DNA from: Actinomycetota bacterium
Lineage (GTDB): Bacteria; Actinomycetota; Thermoleophilia; Gaiellales; Gaiellaceae
Direction of reading: 5' to 3'
DNA length: 64,000 nucleotides
Assembly (NCBI GenBank): GCA_947445525.1
Contig: CANFDS010000004.1
Span: 191 to 64,190, forward strand
Shown in pieces: positions 19,274 to 31,583 of this stretch. Each line of letters starts with the position of its first letter. Position 1 is the first letter of the stretch. The notes under the pieces are model-generated. The model made no database searches and had not been told where the DNA came from. It was given only the letters and a program-made list of their open reading frames with translations. The position numbers and the translations under genes are program-made.

Positions 19274-21052
19274 ATGACCGCTGATCCCCTACGGCCGCGG
19301 ACGATCGGCCGCCTCTGGCAGGACGCGGTCGCAGCCGGCCATGCCGCGCCGCCGTATCGCATCGAGACCCCCGCGGGCTGGCAGCAGGTGAGCTGGGCCG
19401 AGGCCGCTGCGGCGGTGCAGGAGCTGGCACACGGCCTGCTCGCGGCGGGCATCGAGCCGGGCGACCGCTTCGCGATCCTCGCCGGGACGCGGCTCGAGTG
19501 GACGCTCTTCGACTTCGCACTGGCCTCGATCGGGGCCGTCTCGATCCCGATCTACCCCACCAGCGCGCCGCGCGACATCTCCTACATCCTCGGCCATGCG
19601 CGCGCCGCAGGCATCCTCGTCGAGACACCCGCACACCAGGCGGCGGTGGACGGGCTGCGCGCCGAGCTCGGCAACCTCCGGCACGTGGTCGCCGTCGACG
19701 GCCTGGACGAGCTACGCGCCCGCGGGCGCGCGCACGCCGCGAGCGACCCTGGTGCCGCCGAGCGGGCCGGCGCGGGCGTCGCCGAGGACGACCTCTACAC
19801 GGTCATCTACACCTCCGGCACCACCGGTCCGCCGAAGGGCTGCGTCATCACGCACCGGAACTACTACGCGATGACGTCGATCATCGACGAGCTCCACAAG
19901 GTGCTCGTCGCCGGTGACGAGATCATGCTCTACCTGCCCCTCGCGCACACGTTCGGGCGGCTGATGCATCTCGCCGGGCCATACGTCGGCGCGACGATCG
20001 CATTCTGCCCTGATCCGGCGCGCCTGCTCGAAGCGCTCGGCGCCGTCCGGCCCACGGTGCTGCCGAGCGTGCCGCGGGTATACGAGAAGGTGCATGCGGC
20101 GGTCTTGGAGAAGCTCGCGACGGCAACCGGCCTCGAGCGGGCCATCTCGAGCTGGGCGCTCCGCGTCGGACTCCGCGCCGGCGCGCTGCGGATGGACGGC
20201 CGCCCGCTGCCGCCGCTGCTCGGCAGCCAACTCCGGCTGGCCGACCGGCTGGTGCTCGCCAAGGTGCGGGCGCGGCTCGGGGGCCGCCTGCGCATCTGCC
20301 TGTCGGGCGGTGCGCCGCTCTCGCGCGACATCGCGACAACCCTGCACGCCTTCGGCGTCACCATCCTCGAGGGGTACGGCCTCACCGAGGCGACCGCAGC
20401 CTGCACCGTGAACCTGCCGGGCGCCTACCGCTTCGGAACCGTCGGCCTGACCCTCCCCCGCTTCGAGACCAGGCTGGCCGAGGACGGTGAGCTGCTCGTC
20501 CGTAGCGAGACCGTATTCGCCGGCTACCTCGATGACGAGGCAGCAACTGCCGCCGCTCTCACCCCGGACGGCTGGCTGCGCACCGGCGACATCGCCACGA
20601 TCGACGCTGACGGGTTCATCTCGATCACCGATCGCAAGAAGGACATCATCGTCACAGCCGGCGGTAAGAACGTCGCCCCGCAGAACCTCGAGAACGAGCT
20701 CAAGGCGCAGGCGCTGCTCTCACAGGCGCTCGTCATCGGCGACCGGCGGCCGTACCTCGTCGCGCTCCTCACGCTCGACGAGGCGGCGGCGGCGCGCGTC
20801 GCCGCCGAGCAGGGCATCCGCGGGTCGCTTGCCGAGCTCTCGACGAGCGCCGGCATCCGCGCCGCCGCCGCCGAGGCGATCGCAAACGTCAACGCCGAGC
20901 GCGCGCGCCACGAGCAGATCAAGCGCTTCGCGATCCTCCCGCACGACTTCACGCAGGAGGCCGGCGAGATCACGCCAACGCTGAAGCTGCGCCGCCAGTA
21001 CTGCGAGCAGCGCTACGCCGAGGAGATCGAGGCGCTCTACCGGGCCGACTGA
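19274..21052 (+). CDS. fadD: Long-chain fatty-acid-CoA ligase (FadD15-like AMP-forming)
   Basis: AMP-binding motif 'IYTSGTTGPPKG', 'GYGLTE', 'TGDIA', 'DRKKDIIVTAGGKNV'. ATG at 19274. Confidence 0.85.
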   Translation: MTADPLRPRTIGRLWQDAVAAGHAAPPYRIETPAGWQQVSWAEAAAAVQELAHGLLAAGIEPGDRFAILAGTRLEWTLFDFALASIGAVSIPIYPTSAPRDISYILGHARAAGILVETPAHQAAVDGLRAELGNLRHVVAVDGLDELRARGRAHAASDPGAAERAGAGVAEDDLYTVIYTSGTTGPPKGCVITHRNYYAMTSIIDELHKVLVAGDEIMLYLPLAHTFGRLMHLAGPYVGATIAFCPDPARLLEALGAVRPTVLPSVPRVYEKVHAAVLEKLATATGLERAISSWALRVGLRAGALRMDGRPLPPLLGSQLRLADRLVLAKVRARLGGRLRICLSGGAPLSRDIATTLHAFGVTILEGYGLTEATAACTVNLPGAYRFGTVGLTLPRFETRLAEDGELLVRSETVFAGYLDDEAATAAALTPDGWLRTGDIATIDADGFISITDRKKDIIVTAGGKNVAPQNLENELKAQALLSQALVIGDRRPYLVALLTLDEAAAARVAAEQGIRGSLAELSTSAGIRAAAAEAIANVNAERARHEQIKRFAILPHDFTQEAGEITPTLKLRRQYCEQRYAEEIEALYRAD

Positions 21053-21073
21053 CCCCGGCCTCTGCGCCACTCA

Positions 21074-21188
21074 ATCCACCGTTTCGCGTGATCGCGGGGC
21101 GCGCGACCGGGCCGTCAGGATGCGCTCCGGCTGCGCGGGGCGGGCCGGTGGCCCCGACGAGCTGCGCCGCCCGCGCGAAACGGTGGAT
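21074..21188. repeat. Long inverted repeat (15-nt perfect arms with an 85-nt interior) between convergent genes
   Basis: ATCCACCGTTTCGCG at 21074-21088 is the reverse complement of CGCGAAACGGTGGAT at 21174-21188. The inner sequence shows further imperfect complementarity. Confidence 0.6.
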
Positions 21189-21194
21189 CCAGGC

Positions 21195-22385
21195 TCAGCT
21201 CAGCCGACGCGCGCCCACCCAGTTCTGCGTGTAGAAGCCGGCGCCGAGGCTCGAGATCTTCACGACGTCCCCCGTGTGCGGCGAATGGATGAACTGCCCG
21301 CCGCCGATGTAGATGCCGTTGTGGCCCAGCCCGTCGAAGAACACGAGGTCGCCCGGCTCGAGCTGGTCGCGCGACACCGGGGTGCCGTAGCCGTACTGCG
21401 ATGCCGCGTGGTGCGGCAGCGAGACGCCCATCTGCGCGTAGACGTACATGATGAAACCGGAGCAGTCGAAGCCGCCGGACGGCGAAGCACCGCCCCAGCG
21501 GTACGGGATGCCGAGGTACCGCATCGCGATGCCGACAACGCCGCCGTACACCGCGGGCGGAGGCACCGGCGCCCCGTCGGGCGTATCGGCGGTGGCGCCG
21601 ACGACGGTCTCGTCGAGCCTCGCGGCCTGCTCGCGACGCTGCTGCTCGAGCCGCGCCTGCAGCTGCCGCTGCAGCCGCTCCTGACGTGCCGCCTCCTCCG
21701 CCTGCAGCTTCGCGATCTCGCCCTGCACCGAGGAGAGCAGCCGCTTGCGCTCGGCGAGCTGGCCCTCGATCAGGCGCTTCTGCGCGACGCGGCCGGCGAC
21801 GACCTCCTGCTGGCTCGACCGGGCGATCCGGAGAGTGGCGCGCTGGCGCTTGACGATCCCCCGGAACGTGATCACCTCGCGCAGGATCCGGCTATCCTCG
21901 GCCGAGACACGATCCTCGGTGTCGAGCCTGTCGATCAGCTCGTCGAGGCTCGAGGAGCCGAGCAGCACCTCCAGTGAGGTGTCCGTCTGATCGGCCGTAT
22001 AGAGGTCGCGCAGGCGCTTCTGGAGATAGGCCTGCGCGCGCTGCAGGTTCGACCGGGCGACCGTGAGCTCCTGCCGGTTCGTGCGGAGGCTGCTCTCGAT
22101 GCGCTCGAGCTTGATCGTCGCCAGGTTGTACGACTCGACGGCGCGCGCGACCCGGGAGTCGAGCACCTGCACGTCGGCCAGGATGCGCTGCGCCTCGCGC
22201 TGCTTCGCGCTGATGGGGGGCGGTGGTGCCGCCGTTGCTGCAGCCGCGCCGAGGAACAGCGCGACGGCCACCGACAGGGCTACGCACGCCGGCCCCGGCC
22301 GGGAGAGACGGGCGGCCAGCGGACGCCTTCCGGGGCAGGCGTACCGGGGGCTCCGGTACGTCACGCCATCGACCGTAGCAGCCAT
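21195..22385 (-). CDS. Secreted NlpC/P60 (C40) peptidoglycan endopeptidase with N-terminal coiled-coil domain
   Basis: C-terminal 'YRWGGASPSGGFDCSGFIMYVY...GDLVFF...HNGIYIGGGQFIHSP' carries the catalytic Cys/His. The N-terminal roughly 230 aa are coiled coil (RipC/CwlO/PcsB-like architecture). Confidence 0.85.
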   Translation of the reverse strand: MAATVDGVTYRSPRYACPGRRPLAARLSRPGPACVALSVAVALFLGAAAATAAPPPPISAKQREAQRILADVQVLDSRVARAVESYNLATIKLERIESSLRTNRQELTVARSNLQRAQAYLQKRLRDLYTADQTDTSLEVLLGSSSLDELIDRLDTEDRVSAEDSRILREVITFRGIVKRQRATLRIARSSQQEVVAGRVAQKRLIEGQLAERKRLLSSVQGEIAKLQAEEAARQERLQRQLQARLEQQRREQAARLDETVVGATADTPDGAPVPPPAVYGGVVGIAMRYLGIPYRWGGASPSGGFDCSGFIMYVYAQMGVSLPHHAASQYGYGTPVSRDQLEPGDLVFFDGLGHNGIYIGGGQFIHSPHTGDVVKISSLGAGFYTQNWVGARRLS

Positions 22386-22493
22386 CGCCGCGGCCGTGCA
22401 AGGAGATGAAACTTGTAGAATCTTTGTGAAACACCGTAATACGTATGAGCATTTCCGATCCCTCTGGCGCCCCTGTGCTACCGTCGAATCGCC
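22386..22493. promoter_or_regulatory. AT-rich divergent control region shared by the two cell-wall hydrolase genes
   Basis: The roughly 55-nt stretch 'gatgaaacttgtagaatctttgtgaaacaccgtaatacgtatgagcatttccgat' is about 35% GC. A plus-strand candidate is TTGTAG (22413-22418), 18 nt, then TAATAC (22437-22442). Confidence 0.4.
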
Positions 22494-23669
22494 GTGCGAG
22501 GGTCGGTCACTACCGCCACAGCACGCCTCCTGATCGCCGTCCTGGCTGGCACGTTTGCCCTTGCCGCGCCGGCGTCGACGTGGGCGGCGTCACCTGGCGA
22601 CATCCGAGCGCAAGCCGACGTGCTGCGTGCGCGCAACGCCACAACCCTGCGCGCAGAGCAGGTCGCGCTGCTCGATCTGTACGCGCTCGAGACGAGCCTC
22701 GGTCGCGCGCGGGACGACCTCTCCAGGCTGCGTGCGCGCACCGCAACACTCCAGCGGGAGCGAGGCGAGACTCTCAAGCGGCTGACGATCGCCCGGCGCG
22801 TCGTCGCCCGGTCGGAGGTCACGCTCGCCCAGGAGCTGCGGTTCCTCTACCAGCGCGGCGAGCCGAACACCATCGCCGTGCTGCTCGGGGCCGAGTCGCT
22901 CGATGCCGCGGTCTCCGAGCTCGACCGCATCGACCAGACCGCGCGAGACCACCTCCGCATCATCGACCAGACCCGGCGCGCCCGCAGCCAGGCCAGCGCC
23001 CTGCAGCGCGACCTCGCGCGGCGGCAGACCCGGCTCCGGGCCGGCGAGCGGAGCCTTGCCGGCGCCGTCACCCGACTCGAGTTGTCGCGCAGCTCGCGCG
23101 CCGCGTTTCTGGCACGCCTCCGCTCGCAGCGCCGCCTCGCGGCGGCGCGGATCGCCGGGCTCGAGTCCGAGGCGACAGCAGCCGAGGCGAAGTCGCGCAG
23201 GCTCGCCGAGGAGGCGCGCCTGCGAGCAGCCGCCGCACAGGCGGCAGCGCAGGCTGCGGCGCGGGCGAAGGGGGCCGCTCAGGCAAACACGACAGCCCCG
23301 ACCACCACGTCCGCTACCGCTCCCGCCACCACCCCGGCCGAAGCGCCTCCGCCCGGAGCCACCCTCCCGCTCGACGGCGCGGCCGCCGTCGCCGTCCCAG
23401 GCTCCGGCCAGCGCACGCTGACCGTCACCGCGACCGCCTACATCCTGCGCGGGCGCACCGCCACCGGGCTGCCGACCAGCTGGGGCATCGTGGCCGTCGA
23501 CCCGAACGTGATCCCGCTCGGCACGAAGATGACGATCCCCGGCTACGGGGAGGCGATCGCCGCCGATACCGGGCCCGGGGTACAGGGCGCCGCGATCGAC
23601 GTGTGGGTGCCCGACCTGGCGTCAGCAACGGCGTTCGGCCGTCGTACCGTGACGATCGTGCTGCACTAG
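22494..23669 (+). CDS. Secreted 3D-domain (RlpA-like double-psi beta-barrel) protein with N-terminal coiled-coil domain
   Basis: C-terminal 'VTATAY...GRTATG...GIVAVDPNVIPLGTKMTIPGYGEAIAADTGPGVQGAAIDVW' is a 3D domain. The N-terminus has a signal peptide and a coiled coil resembling that of the neighbouring NlpC/P60 protein. Confidence 0.8.
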   Translation: MRGSVTTATARLLIAVLAGTFALAAPASTWAASPGDIRAQADVLRARNATTLRAEQVALLDLYALETSLGRARDDLSRLRARTATLQRERGETLKRLTIARRVVARSEVTLAQELRFLYQRGEPNTIAVLLGAESLDAAVSELDRIDQTARDHLRIIDQTRRARSQASALQRDLARRQTRLRAGERSLAGAVTRLELSRSSRAAFLARLRSQRRLAAARIAGLESEATAAEAKSRRLAEEARLRAAAAQAAAQAAARAKGAAQANTTAPTTTSATAPATTPAEAPPPGATLPLDGAAAVAVPGSGQRTLTVTATAYILRGRTATGLPTSWGIVAVDPNVIPLGTKMTIPGYGEAIAADTGPGVQGAAIDVWVPDLASATAFGRRTVTIVLH

Positions 23670-23703
23670 CCTGCCGGCCTGCACCAGCCTGCCGGCCTAC
23701 ACC
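23668..23703 (+). repeat. Tandem 18-mer direct repeat (2 copies, 1 mismatch)
   Basis: AGCCTGCCGGCCTGCACC followed by AGCCTGCCGGCCTACACC. It starts at the stop of the 3D-domain gene and ends 58 nt upstream of the response-regulator start. Confidence 0.6.
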
Positions 23704-23760
23704 GTCTTTCGACGCCGGGAGGAGTAGAGTGACCTGGCCCAACAGGGGGACGGTGACGAT

Positions 23761-27075
<3,315 letters not shown>

Positions 27076-27079
27076 GACC

Positions 27080-27814
27080 TCAGATGGTATCGGCGTAGCG
27101 GACGGCGACGAGGTAGAGGCCCCGCGGCGGCGCGGTCGGCCCGGCGTCCCGGCGCGGACTGCCAGTGAGCAGGCGGGCAAGCGCTTCCGGCTCCAGCTCC
27201 GGCTCGAGCATCGTCCCGACGAGCGTGCGCACCATGTGCCGCAGGAAGCTGTCGGCGGTGATCTCGAAGAGGAGGTGCTCCCCCTCCTCGCGCCACGCTG
27301 CCGACTCGACGATCCGGACGAAGACCTTATGCTGCGTGGCGGTGGGCGTGAACGCGGTGAAGTCGTGGCGGCCCGGCAGGACAGCTGCGAGGGCGGCGAG
27401 CCGGTCGAGGTCGAGCGGGCTGACGTTCCACCAGGCGCGGCGCTCCTCGAACGGCGACCGCAGCGGACGGCGATGGAGGCGGTACCTGTACGAGCGCGAG
27501 TGCGCCGAGAAGCGCGCGTGAAATCCGTCCGGGGCCTCCGCCGCAACGATCGCGGCAATGTCGGACGGCAGCACGGAGTTGAGCGCCTCGGGGATGCGGC
27601 CGGTCGCAGGGCCGCCGTCGGCGGCGAAGCTCACGACCTGGCCGAGCGCGTGCACGCCACTGTCGGTGCGGCCGGCCACACCCAGCCCGCCCCAGGCGGG
27701 AAAGATCCGCCCGAGGGCCGCGCGCAACTCGCCCTCGACCGTGCGCAAGCCGGGCTGCGCCGCCCAGCCGTGAAAGGCAGTGCCGTCGTACTCCAGCGTG
27801 AGCCTGATGTTCAC
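27080..27814 (-). CDS. truA: tRNA pseudouridine(38-40) synthase
   Basis: 'LTLEYDGTAFHGWAAQPG...GRTDSGVHALGQV' with the catalytic Asp motif. Confidence 0.9.
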   Translation of the reverse strand: MNIRLTLEYDGTAFHGWAAQPGLRTVEGELRAALGRIFPAWGGLGVAGRTDSGVHALGQVVSFAADGGPATGRIPEALNSVLPSDIAAIVAAEAPDGFHARFSAHSRSYRYRLHRRPLRSPFEERRAWWNVSPLDLDRLAALAAVLPGRHDFTAFTPTATQHKVFVRIVESAAWREEGEHLLFEITADSFLRHMVRTLVGTMLEPELEPEALARLLTGSPRRDAGPTAPPRGLYLVAVRYADTI

Positions 27815-27875
27815 GGGGCCGATCTTCGCGGTTGCCCCGGACGCGGCTCACGGCCAGGGCGCTACGATTCCCGCC

Positions 27876-28514
27876 GTGACTCGCCGCCTCGCTCTTTTCA
27901 CAGCCTCCGCCGCCGCGCTCGCCGCCTCGGTCGGACTCCTCGCCGGCCCCGCCGCCGCCGCCCCCTCCTGCAAGACCGCCGCGCAGCCGAGTCCGCGCGC
28001 CACAGGTGGCCAGAAGGCGCCGAAGAAGTCTCTCGACGCGAAGAAGGCCTACGACGTCACGTTCGAGACGAACTGCGGGTCGTTCACGGTCCGGCTCGAC
28101 GTCAAGCGCGCGCCCAACATCGCGGCGTCGATCGTCTCGCTCGTCAAGGCCGGGTTCTACAACAAGACCGTCTTCCACCGCATCGTCCCGGGCTTCGTCA
28201 TCCAGGGCGGCGACCCGACCGCCACCGGCACGGGCGGCCCCGGCTACAGCGTCGTCGACAGCCCGCCGAAGGATCTCAAGTACACGCTCGGACTCGTTGC
28301 CATGGCGAAGACGCAGACCGAGGCGCCAGGCACCTCCGGCAGCCAGTTCTTCGTCGTCACCGGCCAGGACGTCGGGCTGCCGCCCGACTACGGCCTCGTC
28401 GGCCGTGTGACGAAGGGCCTCGACGTCGTCCAGCTGATCGGCACGCTGGGCAACGCCGAGCAGCAGCCGACGCGCATCGTCCAGATCGTCCGCGCCACGG
28501 TCAAGAACCCGTAG
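27876..28514 (+). CDS. Secreted cyclophilin-type peptidyl-prolyl cis-trans isomerase
   Basis: 'FYNKTVFHRIVPGFVIQGGDP...GGPGY...LVAMAKT...GSQFFV'. The GTG at 27876 gives the signal peptide 'TRRLALFTASAAALAASVGLLAG'. Confidence 0.85.
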   Translation: MTRRLALFTASAAALAASVGLLAGPAAAAPSCKTAAQPSPRATGGQKAPKKSLDAKKAYDVTFETNCGSFTVRLDVKRAPNIAASIVSLVKAGFYNKTVFHRIVPGFVIQGGDPTATGTGGPGYSVVDSPPKDLKYTLGLVAMAKTQTEAPGTSGSQFFVVTGQDVGLPPDYGLVGRVTKGLDVVQLIGTLGNAEQQPTRIVQIVRATVKNP

Positions 28515-28575
28515 CAGCCAGCGCTGAGCCGGCGCGAGCCGCAGTGCCCGACGCGGCCGCGGGGCCACCGCCGCG

Positions 28576-28908
28576 TCAGTGCTCCGGCGTCGCCGCGATC
28601 TCGTCCATCAGCGCATCGATCTCCTCGTCGCTGGCGATGCCCTTCGCCTCGAGGATCGACTCGAGCGCGGCGAGCCAGCGTTCGTAGTAGCTCCACTCCT
28701 CGGCGGGCTGGCCGGCGGCCTCCCAGGCCGCGATCTCGGCGATGAGCCGCTCGCGGAACTCGTCCCAGGTGAAGCTGCCGGCCTGCGAGAGGCCGACGGC
28801 GAGGCCGAAGGCCCGGCTCTCCCAGGGGGCAGCGAACACGAGCTCGCCGTTGAGGCGCGGCAGCGCAGCCGCCCCCGTCATGTACGCGACGGCGTCCTCG
28901 ACGCTCAT
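28576..28908 (-). CDS. Nitrile hydratase accessory (activator) protein
   Basis: The 110-aa '[23 protein letters not shown]...WDEFRERLI...[10 protein letters not shown]' resembles the N-terminal part of the beta subunit, like Co-NHase activators. The ATG overlaps the alpha-subunit TGA (ATGA). Confidence 0.75.
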   Translation of the reverse strand: MSVEDAVAYMTGAAALPRLNGELVFAAPWESRAFGLAVGLSQAGSFTWDEFRERLIAEIAAWEAAGQPAEEWSYYERWLAALESILEAKGIASDEEIDALMDEIAATPEH

Positions 28909-29522
28909 GCGCGGGCGGGCTCGAGCGGCATCGCGACGCCGATCATCGAGTCGCGCGTCACCAGGTCGGCAAGCTCCGCCTCCGTCATACCGTCGGTCCC
29001 GGCCGGGCGCTGCGGAAGCACCATGTAGCGCACCTCGGCGCTCGAGTCCCACACGCGGATCGCCTTCGCCGCGGGCACGTCGAGCCCGAACTCGGCGATC
29101 ACCGTGCGCGGCTCGACGACCACGCGGGCGCGGTAGGCGGGATCCTTGTACCAGGTCGGTGGCAGGCCGAGCACCGACCACGGATAGCACGAGCAGAGCG
29201 TGCAGACGACGACGTTGTGCACCTCGTCGGTGTTCTCCGCGACGACGACGTGGCCGCCCTCGAAGCCGCCGTAGCCGAACTCGCCGATCGCCTTCGAGCC
29301 GTCCTCGAGCAGGCGCGCCCTGTACGCCGGGTCGCTCCAGGCGCGGGCGACGACGCGGGCGCCGTTCATCGGCCCGACATCGTGCTCGTACGCCTCGGCG
29401 AGCTTGTCGACAGCGTCGGTGGCGAGGTAGCCGCGCTCGACGAGCAGCGCCTCCAGCGCCTGCACGCGCAGGGCGACATCGTCGTGGTCGTGGTCGTGGT
29501 GATGGTCGTGGCCCATGCTCAT
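28905..29522 (-). CDS. nthA: Nitrile hydratase alpha subunit, cobalt type
   Basis: The metal-binding '[11 protein letters not shown]' has Thr and Tyr, the Co-type signature. The N-terminus '[15 protein letters not shown]' is His/Asp-rich. The ATG overlaps the beta-subunit TGA. Confidence 0.9.
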   Translation of the reverse strand: MSMGHDHHHDHDHDDVALRVQALEALLVERGYLATDAVDKLAEAYEHDVGPMNGARVVARAWSDPAYRARLLEDGSKAIGEFGYGGFEGGHVVVAENTDEVHNVVVCTLCSCYPWSVLGLPPTWYKDPAYRARVVVEPRTVIAEFGLDVPAAKAIRVWDSSAEVRYMVLPQRPAGTDGMTEAELADLVTRDSMIGVAMPLEPARA

Positions 29523-30199
29523 GCCTCCAGCGGCTCGATGTAGCTCTCCCACACGTCCAGCGTCAGCTCCTGGCCCGGTTCGGAGCGGTCGCCGAACACC
29601 TCCTGCGCGGGGAAGACGACAAGGTACGTGTGCTCCCAGACCTCGCCGAGGCCAACGGCCCGCAGGTCGGGGACGACATTGCGACCGTGGACGCGCTCGA
29701 CGACGCCCACCTTGCCGCGGGCGTACGTGGGCAGCCGCGTGTGCGCCGGCGCCTCGACGTCCTTCACCCGGATGCGGTCGCCGGGTGCGAACCTCGCGCT
29801 GGCGTCGGCAGGCTGGCCGAACGAGCCGGCGGTACGGACGAAGCCGACGAAGCCGTCACTCCACTCCGGCTCTTCGTGGCGGGGCACCTTCCCGCCCGCC
29901 GCCATCGCGTCGGTGCGCTGCGCCAGCTCGCCCGGGCCGAGCGCGCCGCGCGCGAAGAGCGCGCGCTCGATCGGCGAGAACCAGCGCTCGTAGTACGACT
30001 GCGCGAAGTACTGCTCGGGCGTCAGCTGCTCGACGCCCCAGCGGAACTCGTCCACGCTGCCGACGAGCCCCTTGCCGATGACGCACATCGTGATGCCGAA
30101 CATCCGCCGCTCCCAGTCGGCGTGGAAGATCGGCTCGTCCTGCTCGATGGCGATCGCCCCGAACCCGGGCACGCCGCCGACATCGTGTGCACGTCTCAT
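29519..30199 (-). CDS. nthB: Nitrile hydratase beta subunit
   Basis: '[10 protein letters not shown]...[14 protein letters not shown]...YYERW' and the C-terminal '[13 protein letters not shown]' SH3-like part. SD GGAGGAGAGAG precedes the ATG. Confidence 0.9.
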   Translation of the reverse strand: MRRAHDVGGVPGFGAIAIEQDEPIFHADWERRMFGITMCVIGKGLVGSVDEFRWGVEQLTPEQYFAQSYYERWFSPIERALFARGALGPGELAQRTDAMAAGGKVPRHEEPEWSDGFVGFVRTAGSFGQPADASARFAPGDRIRVKDVEAPAHTRLPTYARGKVGVVERVHGRNVVPDLRAVGLGEVWEHTYLVVFPAQEVFGDRSEPGQELTLDVWESYIEPLEA

Positions 30200-30261
30200 C
30201 TCTCTCCTCCGGAAGCTTGACCGAAGTCTACGGGGACGGCCCTGGTCGCCACAATGTCTGT

Positions 30262-31572
30262 GTGCCTGCCATCCCCGCCGTGCCTGCCCACCAGCTCGCC
30301 GCGCTCCTGCAGTCGGAGCTCGACCGCTGGGGCATCCCGGGCGCGGTGGCAGGGGTGCTCGCCTGCGGCGAGGCCGTCGTGTGCGCCAGCGGGGTCGCGT
30401 CGCTGGCGACCGGCGAACCCGTCAACGGGTCGACGCCGTTCCGCGTCGCGTCGATCACGAAGCCGATCACGGCCACGCTCGCTGCGCTGCTCGCCCACGA
30501 GGGCCTGCTCGACCTCGATGCGCCGGTGCGCCGCCAACTGCCCGACCTCCGCCTCGCCGACGAGCAGGCGCAGGAGACGGTGACGCTCCGCCAGCTCCTC
30601 GCGCACCTCTCCGGGCTGGAGTGCGAGCCGGCCCACGACATGTCGGTGCACAGCGCCGGCGCGGGCGCGCTCGGCGAGCTGATCGGCACCTACGGGGCGC
30701 TGGGGCAGCTCACACCGCCGGGGGAGATCTGGTCGTACTGCAACACCGGCTACTGGCTCGCCGGGCATGCGATCGCGCGCGCCGCCGGTATGACGTTCGA
30801 GCAGGTTGCCCATGACCTGCTGCTCGACCCCCTGGGCATGGCTGGCTCCGGGTTCGTCCACGACGGCGTGCCGCCCACCGGCGCCGCGCTCGGCCACACG
30901 CCGCGCCGGCCTGGCCACCCGGCTCACGACGTCATCGCGGGGTACCGGTTTCCGCGGTCACGCGTCCCGTCGGGTGGCCTCGTCTCGACCGTGCCCGACC
31001 TGCTGCGGCTGGCCTCGCTGCACCTCGACAGCCCCGACCTGGCGGCGCTGCGCGACCCCGTGACGGCCGCCGTCGGTACGCGCTGGGGCACCGGTTGGAG
31101 CCTGGAACTGCTGGACGCCACCGTCGTAGCAGCCCACTCGGGCTCGTACGGCGGCTTCCAGACGCAGCTGGTGCTGGTGCCGGCGCATCGGGTCGCCGTG
31201 GCGGTGCTGACCAACAGCGGGCGCGGCAGCGCGCTCGTGCGCACCGTGGTCGAGTGGGCGCTGGCTGCCGTGTGCAACCTGAGGCGCCCGGAACCGGTGC
31301 CCGTCACGGTCGATCCGGCGCAGTTCGAGGGCGTCTACCACGCCCAGGGCCTCACGGTCGAGATCCGCGCCGACGGCAGCCGCCTGCGCGCGACGCAGCG
31401 CGTCCGGCTCGCGTCGGGCAACGAGCTGACACCACCGCCGCTCCTGGGTGTGGCGGTCACCGCCGACCGCTTCGCGGTGCTGGAGGGCGAGGCGCGGGGA
31501 GCGCAGTTCGACTTCCCGGGCCCGGGCCGGGTGCGGTTCGGCAGCCGCCTCGCCCTGCGTGCCGGCTCCTGA
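30262..31572 (+). CDS. Serine hydrolase, beta-lactamase/transpeptidase-like (class C/esterase family)
   Basis: SxxK motif 'RVASITKPITA' and a later 'YCNTGYWL' (YxN-like). The ORF track starts at 30187 but that would overlap nthB. GTG at 30262 is preferred and the start remains uncertain. Confidence 0.7.
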   Translation: MPAIPAVPAHQLAALLQSELDRWGIPGAVAGVLACGEAVVCASGVASLATGEPVNGSTPFRVASITKPITATLAALLAHEGLLDLDAPVRRQLPDLRLADEQAQETVTLRQLLAHLSGLECEPAHDMSVHSAGAGALGELIGTYGALGQLTPPGEIWSYCNTGYWLAGHAIARAAGMTFEQVAHDLLLDPLGMAGSGFVHDGVPPTGAALGHTPRRPGHPAHDVIAGYRFPRSRVPSGGLVSTVPDLLRLASLHLDSPDLAALRDPVTAAVGTRWGTGWSLELLDATVVAAHSGSYGGFQTQLVLVPAHRVAVAVLTNSGRGSALVRTVVEWALAAVCNLRRPEPVPVTVDPAQFEGVYHAQGLTVEIRADGSRLRATQRVRLASGNELTPPPLLGVAVTADRFAVLEGEARGAQFDFPGPGRVRFGSRLALRAGS

Positions 31573-31583
31573 TCGGCCCAGGA

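Noticed and set aside
22386-22493. c-di-AMP (ydaO-type) riboswitch upstream of the cell-wall hydrolase genes, as found before rpf and NlpC/P60 genes in Actinomycetota.
   Set aside because: The spacer is only 108 nt. I could not find the conserved GGGGACCCA / GGGGUGAAUC / CCCGAAUCC-type blocks on either strand. It looks like plain AT-rich promoter DNA.
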